In this document: positions 57,543 through 64,000 of the stretch, piece by piece
How the letters are laid out: the number at the start of each line of letters is the position of its first letter
How positions within the stretch are numbered: the stretch's first letter is position 1
NCBI GenBank assembly: GCA_028278455.1
Contig: JANQEH010000194.1
Coordinates: 1,059-65,058, forward strand
DNA length: 64,000 nt
Origin: a bacterium
Lineage (GTDB): Bacteria > SM23-31
Reading direction: 5' to 3'
Program-made: the position numbers and the translations under genes
Notes under the pieces: generated by a model
The model's input: only the letters and a program-made list of their open reading frames with translations
The model's database searches: none
What the model was told of the DNA's origin: nothing

Positions 57543-59282
57543 TTCTATCGATCTTAGCTCTAACGGTAGTTCAATTCTGACTGTCGTTCCTTTATTCTGC
57601 TCACTTTCTATATTAATCTGGCCGTGGTGCTGAAGCACAATATGCTTAACAATAGAAAGTCCCAGACCTGTTCCGCCGAGTTTTCTCGACCGGGATTTAT
57701 CGACAACATAAAATCTTTCGAATACTCTTGGGAGGTGGTCTTCCGGGATCCCTACTCCAGTATCCTGGAGAAAGAACACAACATTTTTTCCCTTCCTGCT
57801 AACTGTAATGTTGATCTCTCCTTCTTCCGTATAATTAATTGCATTATCAAGAAGGTTTATGAATAATTGCTCCAACCTGAAGGCATCCGCCTCTATTTTC
57901 TCCGGCCCGTCATCAAATATCAGATTCACACCGAAATCCTTATCCTTTAGCTTCTGTTCAAACAGTTTAATAACATTCTGCAGCAGGTTTTTAATATCAA
58001 TCCCGGTAGTCTCAATTATACCTGTCCGGCTTTCCAGCTTAGAAAGTTCTAGAATATCTTCCACCAGGGTAATAAGCCTGTCTGTATGCCTGTTGATAAT
58101 ATCGATGTATTGATTATTCAGGCCGTTACCTTCTTCTTTCATTGTCTCGATATATCCTTTAATTGCAGTAAGAGGTGTACGTAATTCATGAGAAGCATTT
58201 ATAACGAACTCTCTCTTCATTGTATCGAATTTCTTTATTTCGGATATATCAGAGATAACAACGATCAACTCCTCCTTTACTGCAAGATATGTAATACTGC
58301 AAAGCAAGTCTCTGTTATTAAATTCAATCTCAGTTGATAAAGACCTTTTTTCCCTTTCTGCATTTTTCAAAAGTTCGATAAATACATAATTTCTGCTTAT
58401 TTCCCAGTAATGTTTATTGCTTATATTATCACATCCGAAGAATTCGAGAAAGCTATTGTTATAATGAATTACCCTGCCCTCTTTATCCAGTACGAGTAAT
58501 CCCTCATTTATCGATGTCAGAATAACATTAAGGTCTTCTTTTTGTTTTGTAACCTCATGGAAAAGAATCTTCAGGTCATTTGCCATAGAGTTAAAACTGT
58601 CCATCAGCCGCTTAAACTCATCATCCTTTTTCAGGAATATCCTTGTATTAAAATCTCCCGAAGCTACTTTATCCTGCGCTTCGGCAAGCTGCCTGATCGG
58701 ATATGAGAGCGACCTTGCAAAGATCCATGATACCAGTACTGTTACAAGAAGTATCAACATTAATGACTTGGCTATATCTCTTCGTAGATCTGCAAGAAGC
58801 AGCTCGATATTCTCATGAAATTCGCTAATCCTTATCACCGTAAGAACTTCATCTCCCTCAATGAGAGGAAGTGCGAAATACATCATTTCCCTGTTTACGG
58901 TTTCACTATACCTTATCGATTCTCCTTTACCTTCTTCAAGCGCCTGGATTATTTCCGGCCTGTTGGCATGGTTTTCCATAGTCTCAGGATCACGCTCAGA
59001 ATCTGCGACAACCAGACCATCGGTATTGATAATTGTAATTCTAAGCTCGAGATCCTCAGCTATATCTCTTACGAAATCGTTGATTGATGAAAGTTTGTTA
59101 TCCGTATAATAAGGATAAATAGAGTATCTTACCGATACAGCGATCTTCTCAAGTCTTTTTCCCTGAATGTTGTAATGGTAATCTCTAAGTGTGTTAAATG
59201 CGAAAAGAGGTATAAAAACCGCGAGCAAGATAATTAAATACAGATACCTGCTAAAGAGTTTTGTAAATATAGTTCTTTTCAT
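57528..59282 (-). CDS. phoR: phosphate regulon sensor histidine kinase (PhoR-like)
   Basis: Two TM helices with an extracytoplasmic domain, HAMP and PAS (INEGLLVLDKEGRVIHYN). H-box HELRTPLTAIKGYIETM. GTGLGLSIVKH. 4-nt overlap with phoB. Confidence 0.8.
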   Translation of the reverse strand: MKRTIFTKLFSRYLYLIILLAVFIPLFAFNTLRDYHYNIQGKRLEKIAVSVRYSIYPYYTDNKLSSINDFVRDIAEDLELRITIINTDGLVVADSERDPETMENHANRPEIIQALEEGKGESIRYSETVNREMMYFALPLIEGDEVLTVIRISEFHENIELLLADLRRDIAKSLMLILLVTVLVSWIFARSLSYPIRQLAEAQDKVASGDFNTRIFLKKDDEFKRLMDSFNSMANDLKILFHEVTKQKEDLNVILTSINEGLLVLDKEGRVIHYNNSFLEFFGCDNISNKHYWEISRNYVFIELLKNAEREKRSLSTEIEFNNRDLLCSITYLAVKEELIVVISDISEIKKFDTMKREFVINASHELRTPLTAIKGYIETMKEEGNGLNNQYIDIINRHTDRLITLVEDILELSKLESRTGIIETTGIDIKNLLQNVIKLFEQKLKDKDFGVNLIFDDGPEKIEADAFRLEQLFINLLDNAINYTEEGEINITVSRKGKNVVFFLQDTGVGIPEDHLPRVFERFYVVDKSRSRKLGGTGLGLSIVKHIVLQHHGQINIESEQNKGTTVRIELPLELRSIELTEN

Positions 59283-59989
59283 TCTTCAATTTTGTATCCT
59301 ATCCCTCTGATATTCTTTATAATTTTTCCTTCTTCACCAAGCTTTGACCTGAGATGCTTGATATGGACGTCCACGGTCCTGTCTATGACAACTTTATCGC
59401 TTCCCCAGAGAGAGTTGAGGATCTGCTCCCTTGAAAAAACATTACCTTTACGACAGGCCAATATTTCAAGTATTTTGAATTCCGTTGTGGTTAGATTTAC
59501 CAGGTCACCGTCTACAGTTACCTGGTATTTCATGGAGTCAATTAATATCTTGTTTCCGACTTTTATTTTCTCAGGTTCTTTATACTCAACAGACCTTCTC
59601 AAAACAGCCTTCACCCTTGCAACAAGTTCTTTCGGGGAAAATGGTTTCCCAACATAATCATCGGCTCCAAGCTCAAGGCCAAGGACTCTGTCCATCTCTT
59701 CTGTCTTGGCCGTAAGCATAATTATCGGTATCGAGGATACCAAACCGCCGCTGTTTTTAAGTTGTCTGCATAGTTCGAGTCCATCTGCGTCAGGAAGCAT
59801 CAGATCCAGTATTATCAGATCCGGGAGCTTTGTTTCAATTGTTTCCATGAAACTCCCGGCATCGACGAATTCTCTGACTTCGAAATTGGATTTCTTTAAG
59901 TGGAGGGCGACAAGATTACTAATATCAGGTTCATCTTCAATTATTGCAATATATTTGCTCATACCTTCCCTTGAATATACTTTAGACAT
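59279..59989 (-). CDS. phoB: OmpR/PhoB-family response regulator
   Basis: The receiver has DLIILDLMLPDADG and PIIMLTAK. The winged-helix C-terminus has LTTTEFKILEIL...VDVHIKHLRSKL...IRGIGY. The start is probably Met10 (59962). Confidence 0.85.
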   Translation of the reverse strand: MSKVYSREGMSKYIAIIEDEPDISNLVALHLKKSNFEVREFVDAGSFMETIETKLPDLIILDLMLPDADGLELCRQLKNSGGLVSSIPIIMLTAKTEEMDRVLGLELGADDYVGKPFSPKELVARVKAVLRRSVEYKEPEKIKVGNKILIDSMKYQVTVDGDLVNLTTTEFKILEILACRKGNVFSREQILNSLWGSDKVVIDRTVDVHIKHLRSKLGEEGKIIKNIRGIGYKIEE

Positions 59990-60101
59990 TCATGACGCAA
60001 TCATCATATCTTCACAAAAATATACTGAAATCTTTAAATTAAGTAAATAATCCTGCTATTTCAATGCTAAAAGGAAAGCATACAATTTAATTCATGTAAA
60101 A

Positions 60102-60118
60102 TTAACACAAAATTAACA
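60102..60118 (+). promoter_or_regulatory. second pair of TTAACA direct repeats (possible Pho box, plus-strand orientation)
   Basis: TTAACAcaaaaTTAACA with 11-bp period, followed 12 nt later by TATATA. It lies in the phoB-upstream gap but faces away from phoB. Confidence 0.3.
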
Positions 60119-60449
60119 TTGTATCAAAAGTATATATTGGAAAGAAGGAAAGGGAGCGAGGTTGATTACTTTTACCTTTAATAATGTGATTTTGCAACTT
60201 GTTATTCATACGATCATCATATTAAGCAATACCGGTCCCGGTTCAGGTTTATCATCATTATCGCATCAGACCGGCAGTTCAAGCTGCAATTTTAGCCGAG
60301 AAATTGTTATTCATCACTTTTCAGGCTTCCGGCTAAATTCACCACCTAAGCACCATTTAAGGCAGTCAGCTAACCTCCCCCACTCCCTTGAAGCGGTCAA
60401 CGGATTCGAGAATCAAAGCTTGGGGTAAACATTTCAAATAACTAATATT

Positions 60450-60854
60450 CTATGCATTCACACTGGATTTATGAAGCTTTGAAGTGATCACTTTAGAAAG
60501 ATCTGCCAATGTGAAAGGTTTCTCAAGAAAATCCACTATGTTAGAGCGTATCAATTCTCTTGATTTTTCATCTGTAGGATAACCACTTGTCAGAATTATC
60601 TGTACGTCAGGATCAATCTCTTTCAGCATTTGAGTAGTTTCTTTTCCACCTATCCTGGGCATCTTTATATCCAGCAGAACGAGTTCGAACTTTCTTTTTT
60701 TCGATTTAAATATCTCCAGGGCATTTTCACCATCCTCAGCCACAACTGTATCATATCCAAGATGTTCAAGATAGATCTTCAGCATCCTCCTGAGCTCTTC
60801 TTCGTCATCAACAATGAGTATTCTTCCATTGCTATTTAAACCGTTATTCATCAT
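60450..60854 (-). CDS. single-domain response regulator (CheY-like receiver)
   Basis: RILIVDDEEELRRML, LVLLDIKMPRIGG, IILTSGY and FLEKPF. Confidence 0.8.
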   Translation of the reverse strand: MMNNGLNSNGRILIVDDEEELRRMLKIYLEHLGYDTVVAEDGENALEIFKSKKRKFELVLLDIKMPRIGGKETTQMLKEIDPDVQIILTSGYPTDEKSRELIRSNIVDFLEKPFTLADLSKVITSKLHKSSVNA

Positions 60855-61231
60855 ATCTTTTCTTGATCAGTTTTTTGTTCCAAATTCATCAATTCCACAC
60901 AGTTGTTTCATTGTCTGATAAAACGGCAAGAAGTATACCAGATTTTCGATATTTCATTGGCGGATTTGACATCTTGTTACAGAATAATGAGTTACCTTTA
61001 TAATATTTCTGAATCCTTCAGAAAAGCCGGTAAATAATTATTGATAAGAAATTAAAGGAATGTGGATTTTTATACGATTTTTTGATTGAAAATCAACAAT
61101 TGTAAAACTACCCAAAACTTACCTTGAATACGTATTATATAATACCCAATTAAAAGAATATACTATACCTGCCGATTAATAAAAAAATAGATTATTTTAA
61201 AGACCACTTTTGGAACTGTGCCGCAATAGCT

Positions 61232-61597
61232 ATGCGTGATTCTATTATTAATATATTCTTACTGTTATTGTTTAGCATATTCAACGGTTGCAATTCATCA
61301 TCTGACAAGTATATATCCATACCTGAATTATAAGAGTACTGCAAATTGCCGGGGCAGGCAGTTAAAATGCTACCCTGTGAAAATGAAATCGCTAAGGTTA
61401 TAGGATATATTGACTACGAAAGTGTTTTTAACCGGAATGAATATCCGCAGCTTCCCTATGAAAAATTCGTTATATCAGACTCAAAGACAACATTCAGACT
61501 CGAGGTTTGGGTAACAGGGGATAATAATTCAGGTATATTCAATAAAATAACAGAAAACAGAAAAGAAGAACCTGTTTACCTGACAGTAAAAATTTAG
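61232..61597 (+). pseudogene. small lipoprotein gene interrupted by an in-frame TAA
   Basis: The ATG at 61232 encodes MRDSIINIFLLLLFSIFNGCNSSSDKYISIPEL, then TAA at 61331-61333. The same frame continues EYCKLPGQAVKMLPCENE... to the stop at 61597 (this is the track ORF 61346..61597). A signal/lipobox and a mature part in one frame, split by a single stop. Confidence 0.5.
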
Positions 61598-61712
61598 GGA
61601 ATCGATCTTTATAAAGATTCTTCAGGGGAAAGACGCATAAAATAAACATTAATGATGAAGACAATATTTCGTTTAAAAAGACTAATGAAAAATTGGGTAC
61701 AGGACAGTTAAA

Positions 61713-62160
61713 ATGAGGATGAGATCAGAATTTATATTTTGAGTAATAATTATTCAGCTTCTTTTTTTCGCTTCAGTTTCGTTTTCGCAGGAAATAACGC
61801 TGAACGGGGCTATAGAAGCAGCTCGGTCATGGAACAGCAGGCTGACACTTACAAATCAAACGCTCTTTACAGGGCTGTAATATTCACTGTATCTGAAGAT
61901 CCTGTACGTGGACAATATGTGATCACGGGTGAAAATAACAGGATACTCGCTTTGTACTGAATTTCCAACCAAGTGGATTTATTGCAGTTGCTGCTGATCG
62001 TGGTATGAAACCTGTGATAGCATATTCGAGAAGCTCGGATTTTGATCCCGAACCATCTACTCGGAATTTACTCCTTAAAATGATACAGGCTGATCACAGG
62101 CTAGTTCATGACAACCAGGAAAATGATTATGATCCGATAGAGAATATAAATATCCTATAA
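61713..62160 (+). pseudogene. remnant of a C10 (streptopain/PrtT-type) cysteine peptidase gene: propeptide region only, one in-frame stop and two frameshifts
   Basis: Frame 1: MRMRSEFIF-TGA(61740)-VIIIQLLFFASVSFSQEITLNGAIEAARSWN..., a signal peptide and the propeptide start. Frame 2 continues ...IFTVSEDPVRGQYVITGENNRILALY. Frame 3 continues NFQPSGFIAVAADRGMKPVIAYSRSSDFD..., the 'GFviVsaDdr..PvlaYS' Spi-inhibitor/C10 propeptide motif. It ends at 62160 with no catalytic domain. Confidence 0.55.
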
Positions 62161-62392
62161 ATAACTCCCATCAAGGTGGGAGGAAATATTGCATAACAGT
62201 CACATTCTCTCTCTTTTATTAAATATCGTAAATGCTATTTCTCCTCTAGATTAGAAAAGATTATTGATTATTCCTTCCAATTTTAAACACAACACTTAAC
62301 AATGCACATAAATCATCAAATAATACTTGACTACTAAATATCTTATTATTTTTTTGGTGCAAAAAACACATCCACAATAAGGTGATTATCTT

Positions 62393-63004
62393 ATGAAACC
62401 TGAGAACAAGAAAAAAGATATCCCCCAAATTAATGAAAAAGAGGCTTTTTTATCTTTAAAAGGAAGTGCTTCATCCACAAGAACCACCTTTAAAATATCA
62501 AAAGAAGCTAATAATTCTCTGAAATGGTTATCAGAAAATTTCAATATCGGACCAAAAGAAATCTTTGAATATATTTCAAAAGTACCAGACGTTATTTATC
62601 AGGCCGCAGCGTTAGCAAGATATGAAGGGCAGAAATCAAAATTATATTCTATCAGAAAGTCATTTGTTATTAATATTAATGCATATAATTCAATACTAAG
62701 CTCATCAAAAGAGTCTAATATACATCGTGATGCGATATTAGACGAAGTGATTAAGATAATCAAGAAAGCTGTTGAAATACAAGCTCAAAAAGAACGTGAT
62801 AATCTACAAATAGCTATAGACATGGCAAAAAAATGTGTTATTGATAAAGAGCTTAAACATTTAAAAAATTTATTTGGAGATGATCATCCTATTGTACTTC
62901 GATTTAATATCATTAGTACAATAGCTGGAAATCTATGCTCAGCAATAGAAAATTATTTGGAAAAAGGTATTCCTATTGATCCAGACGATATCAGTCAGTG
63001 TTAA
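62393..63004 (+). CDS. hypothetical protein, 203 aa, partner of NYN nuclease
   Basis: ATG start with AAGGTGA SD. Lys/Glu-rich and mostly helical-looking. The N-terminal TTFKISKEANNSLKWLSENF could be a strand-helix (RHH-like) element. No family recognised. GC is about 30%. Confidence 0.55.
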   Translation: MKPENKKKDIPQINEKEAFLSLKGSASSTRTTFKISKEANNSLKWLSENFNIGPKEIFEYISKVPDVIYQAAALARYEGQKSKLYSIRKSFVININAYNSILSSSKESNIHRDAILDEVIKIIKKAVEIQAQKERDNLQIAIDMAKKCVIDKELKHLKNLFGDDHPIVLRFNIISTIAGNLCSAIENYLEKGIPIDPDDISQC

Positions 63005-63016
63005 TAAATGTATTAA

Positions 63017-63589
63017 ATGATTTTAATAACAATTGTGGATAAGCTATTGAGAAATACAATAAAACCAAAAACCATGATATTTATCGATGGTGCAAATCTT
63101 CATTATGGTACAAAAGAATTTAAAATAAAACTTAATGAAGATTGGAGTCTTGATTTGCTTGCCTTAATTAAAAAGGTAAATGATAAAAGATTGTTAGGAT
63201 CGGTTTATTACTTTATATCAATGCCTAGAAAACCTTCTGCCAAAAAAATTAAATACAGAGATTTCCTGAAAAAAAATGGAATAAGAGTAATTGAAATCCC
63301 CCTTCACTATCCGCCAAAAAGAAAAGCCCGGGAAAAAGGCTTAGATGTTGCATTGGCAACTAGGCTCATTGTAAAGGCTCTTGAGGGGAAATTTGATACT
63401 GGTATAATAATCAGCGGTGATAAAGACTATATATACGCTGTTAAAGAATGCCGTAAAAGGGGATTAAAAATCGAGGTGACATCATTTCAAAGCAGATTAT
63501 CCCTAGATCTAAAAAAAGTGTGTGATAAAATCTGGGTAATTGATGATTTTTATGATGAAGTTAATCAAAAAAAACAGCCCCAATCCTAA
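63017..63589 (+). CDS. NYN-domain (LabA/DUF88-like, PIN-fold) ribonuclease
   Basis: MIFIDGANLHYG, GLDVALATRLI and IIISGDKDYIYAV carry the four conserved NYN acidic residues. Lies 12 nt downstream of the 203-aa ORF. The start could be Met20 (63074). Confidence 0.75.
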   Translation: MILITIVDKLLRNTIKPKTMIFIDGANLHYGTKEFKIKLNEDWSLDLLALIKKVNDKRLLGSVYYFISMPRKPSAKKIKYRDFLKKNGIRVIEIPLHYPPKRKAREKGLDVALATRLIVKALEGKFDTGIIISGDKDYIYAVKECRKRGLKIEVTSFQSRLSLDLKKVCDKIWVIDDFYDEVNQKKQPQS

Positions 63590-63786
63590 ATAAGGGAGGG
63601 CTGCATATCTTAAGCTCCAGTATCTCTTTCGAGGTTGAGCCTGTATAAATTATAATATCGGCATACTTTAATGTCAAATCAAGTAAAATTTATTATTTCT
63701 TTACTATTATTATCTATTACTTGTTTAAACTGAATTTTGTTCCCGGCGTTAGGTTTCTGATTTAGAGTGTTCAACAAATAAGATAC

Positions 63787-63822
63787 GGCTTCCATTCTAC
63801 GTTGGAAGCCTTCTTCATTTGT
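63787..63822. terminator. bidirectional terminator hairpin between NYN cassette and sod
   Basis: GGCTTCCA-ttctacgt-TGGAAGCC forms an 8-bp stem, extended by CAACAAAT/ATTTGTTG. Both flanks are T-rich. Confidence 0.5.
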
Positions 63823-63834
63823 TGAGTAAAATCG

Positions 63835-64000
63835 TTATTTTGCAACTGCTGCGAATCTCTTCGCTACATCATCCCAGTTGAAAATATTGAAAATATTTTC
63901 GACATACGCTGGACGCTTATTCTGATATTTCAGATAATACGAATGTTCCCAAACGTCGACGATTAGTAATGGTACAGCACTGAACTGTGTTACATCATGG
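63835..64000 (-). CDS. Fe/Mn superoxide dismutase, 3' fragment (gene continues past right edge)
   Basis: Hand translation of the minus strand: ...[45 protein letters not shown]. This contains the D-x-W-E-H-x-Y-Y SOD signature. Confidence 0.85.
   Translation of the reverse strand, partial: HDVTQFSAVPLLIVDVWEHSYYLKYQNKRPAYVENIFNIFNWDDVAKRFAAVAK

Noticed and set aside
528-60050. Many 60-170 aa ORFs antisense to or nested in large genes (e.g. 528..812, 1367..1795, 4736..5227, 23892..24272, 26709..27212, 38045..38476, 41160..41549, 49830..50132, 59706..60050)
   Set aside because: Each lies entirely inside a longer ORF with clear family motifs on the other strand or frame. Their products are Ser/Ile/Leu/Pro-rich shadow translations with no recognisable domains.
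60162-60428. 88-aa TTG-initiated ORF in the phoB-upstream gap
   Set aside because: An SD-like purine tract precedes it, but the product (…SNTGPGSGLSSLSHQTGSSSCNF…PPKHHLRQ…) looks like random low-complexity sequence. I kept it only as part of the non-coding-region finding.
60141-60430. Possible known structured RNA (RNase P, tmRNA, SRP, 6S)
   Set aside because: I looked for GAGGAAAGUCCGGGC (RNase P), a GGGGCUGA...UCCACCA ending with a T-arm (tmRNA), and GGAAGCAGCC (SRP). None is present on either strand.
42363-61742. Stop-codon reassignment as an explanation for in-frame TGA/TAA (42363, 61331, 61740)
   Set aside because: TGA, TAA and TAG each terminate well-supported genes at the expected protein lengths (e.g. 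porV TGA, phoR TAA, accA TAG). The interrupted ORFs are confined to AT-rich, poorly coding segments, so pseudogenisation or non-coding status is simpler.
1-64000. CRISPR arrays, IS elements, transposases, integrases, prophage genes, rRNA
   Set aside because: I noticed no regularly spaced direct repeats, no DDE or tyrosine-recombinase motifs, and no rRNA-like conserved blocks while reading both strands. A systematic repeat search was not possible by hand.

Overview
This 64-kb window is chromosomal DNA from a bacterium with a type IX secretion system (T9SS), so most likely the FCB superphylum. Strong Shine-Dalgarno sites (AGGAGG or AAGGAG before several genes) argue against classical Bacteroidia. 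That lineage call is inference. All family calls come from motifs I read in the translations; I ran no database search.

Main contents, left to right:
- Secreted M14-like peptidases.
- A LanC-like lipoprotein.
- A PEBP protein, an ABC-2 exporter, and an SRAP (YedK-like) gene followed by a split TfoX.
- A DUF5686-like outer-membrane protein, sppA and an SDR oxidoreductase.
- A fluoride riboswitch with crcB.
- An ECF sigma/anti-sigma pair and an alginate-export-type porin.
- A 22-kb co-directional minus-strand train: purE, four sugar/glycolipid genes, accA, a PorZ-like protein, a TolB-like protein, PorU, PorV, an M6-like T9SS cargo, a peptidase/propeller/beta-barrel chimera and two DUF5683-like paralogs.
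- A degenerate ABC ATPase and an 887-aa PEP/pyruvate-binding-domain protein.
- Three small genes absent from the ORF track, one of them desulforedoxin-like.
- A porin, cupredoxin, histidine kinase and response regulator operon.
- tRNA-Leu(TAG), tpx and a complete pstSCAB-phoU / phoBR regulon with a Pho-box-like array.
- A low-GC (about 30%) tail with two decayed genes and a tight two-gene cassette (unknown 203-aa protein plus an NYN/PIN-like nuclease), ending at a partial Fe/Mn superoxide dismutase.

I saw no rRNA, CRISPR array, integrase or transposase.

Most interesting:
- The NYN cassette, a candidate uncharacterised toxin-antitoxin or defence module.
- The T9SS attachment-complex locus, which has a terminator/antiterminator-like element directly against the porU start codon.
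- Several family members whose catalytic or ligand residues are substituted: M14 with His to Phe twice, M6 with HQFGH, an ABC ATPase with D-K in place of D-E, and a phosphoglycosyl-transferase domain without its DE dyad.
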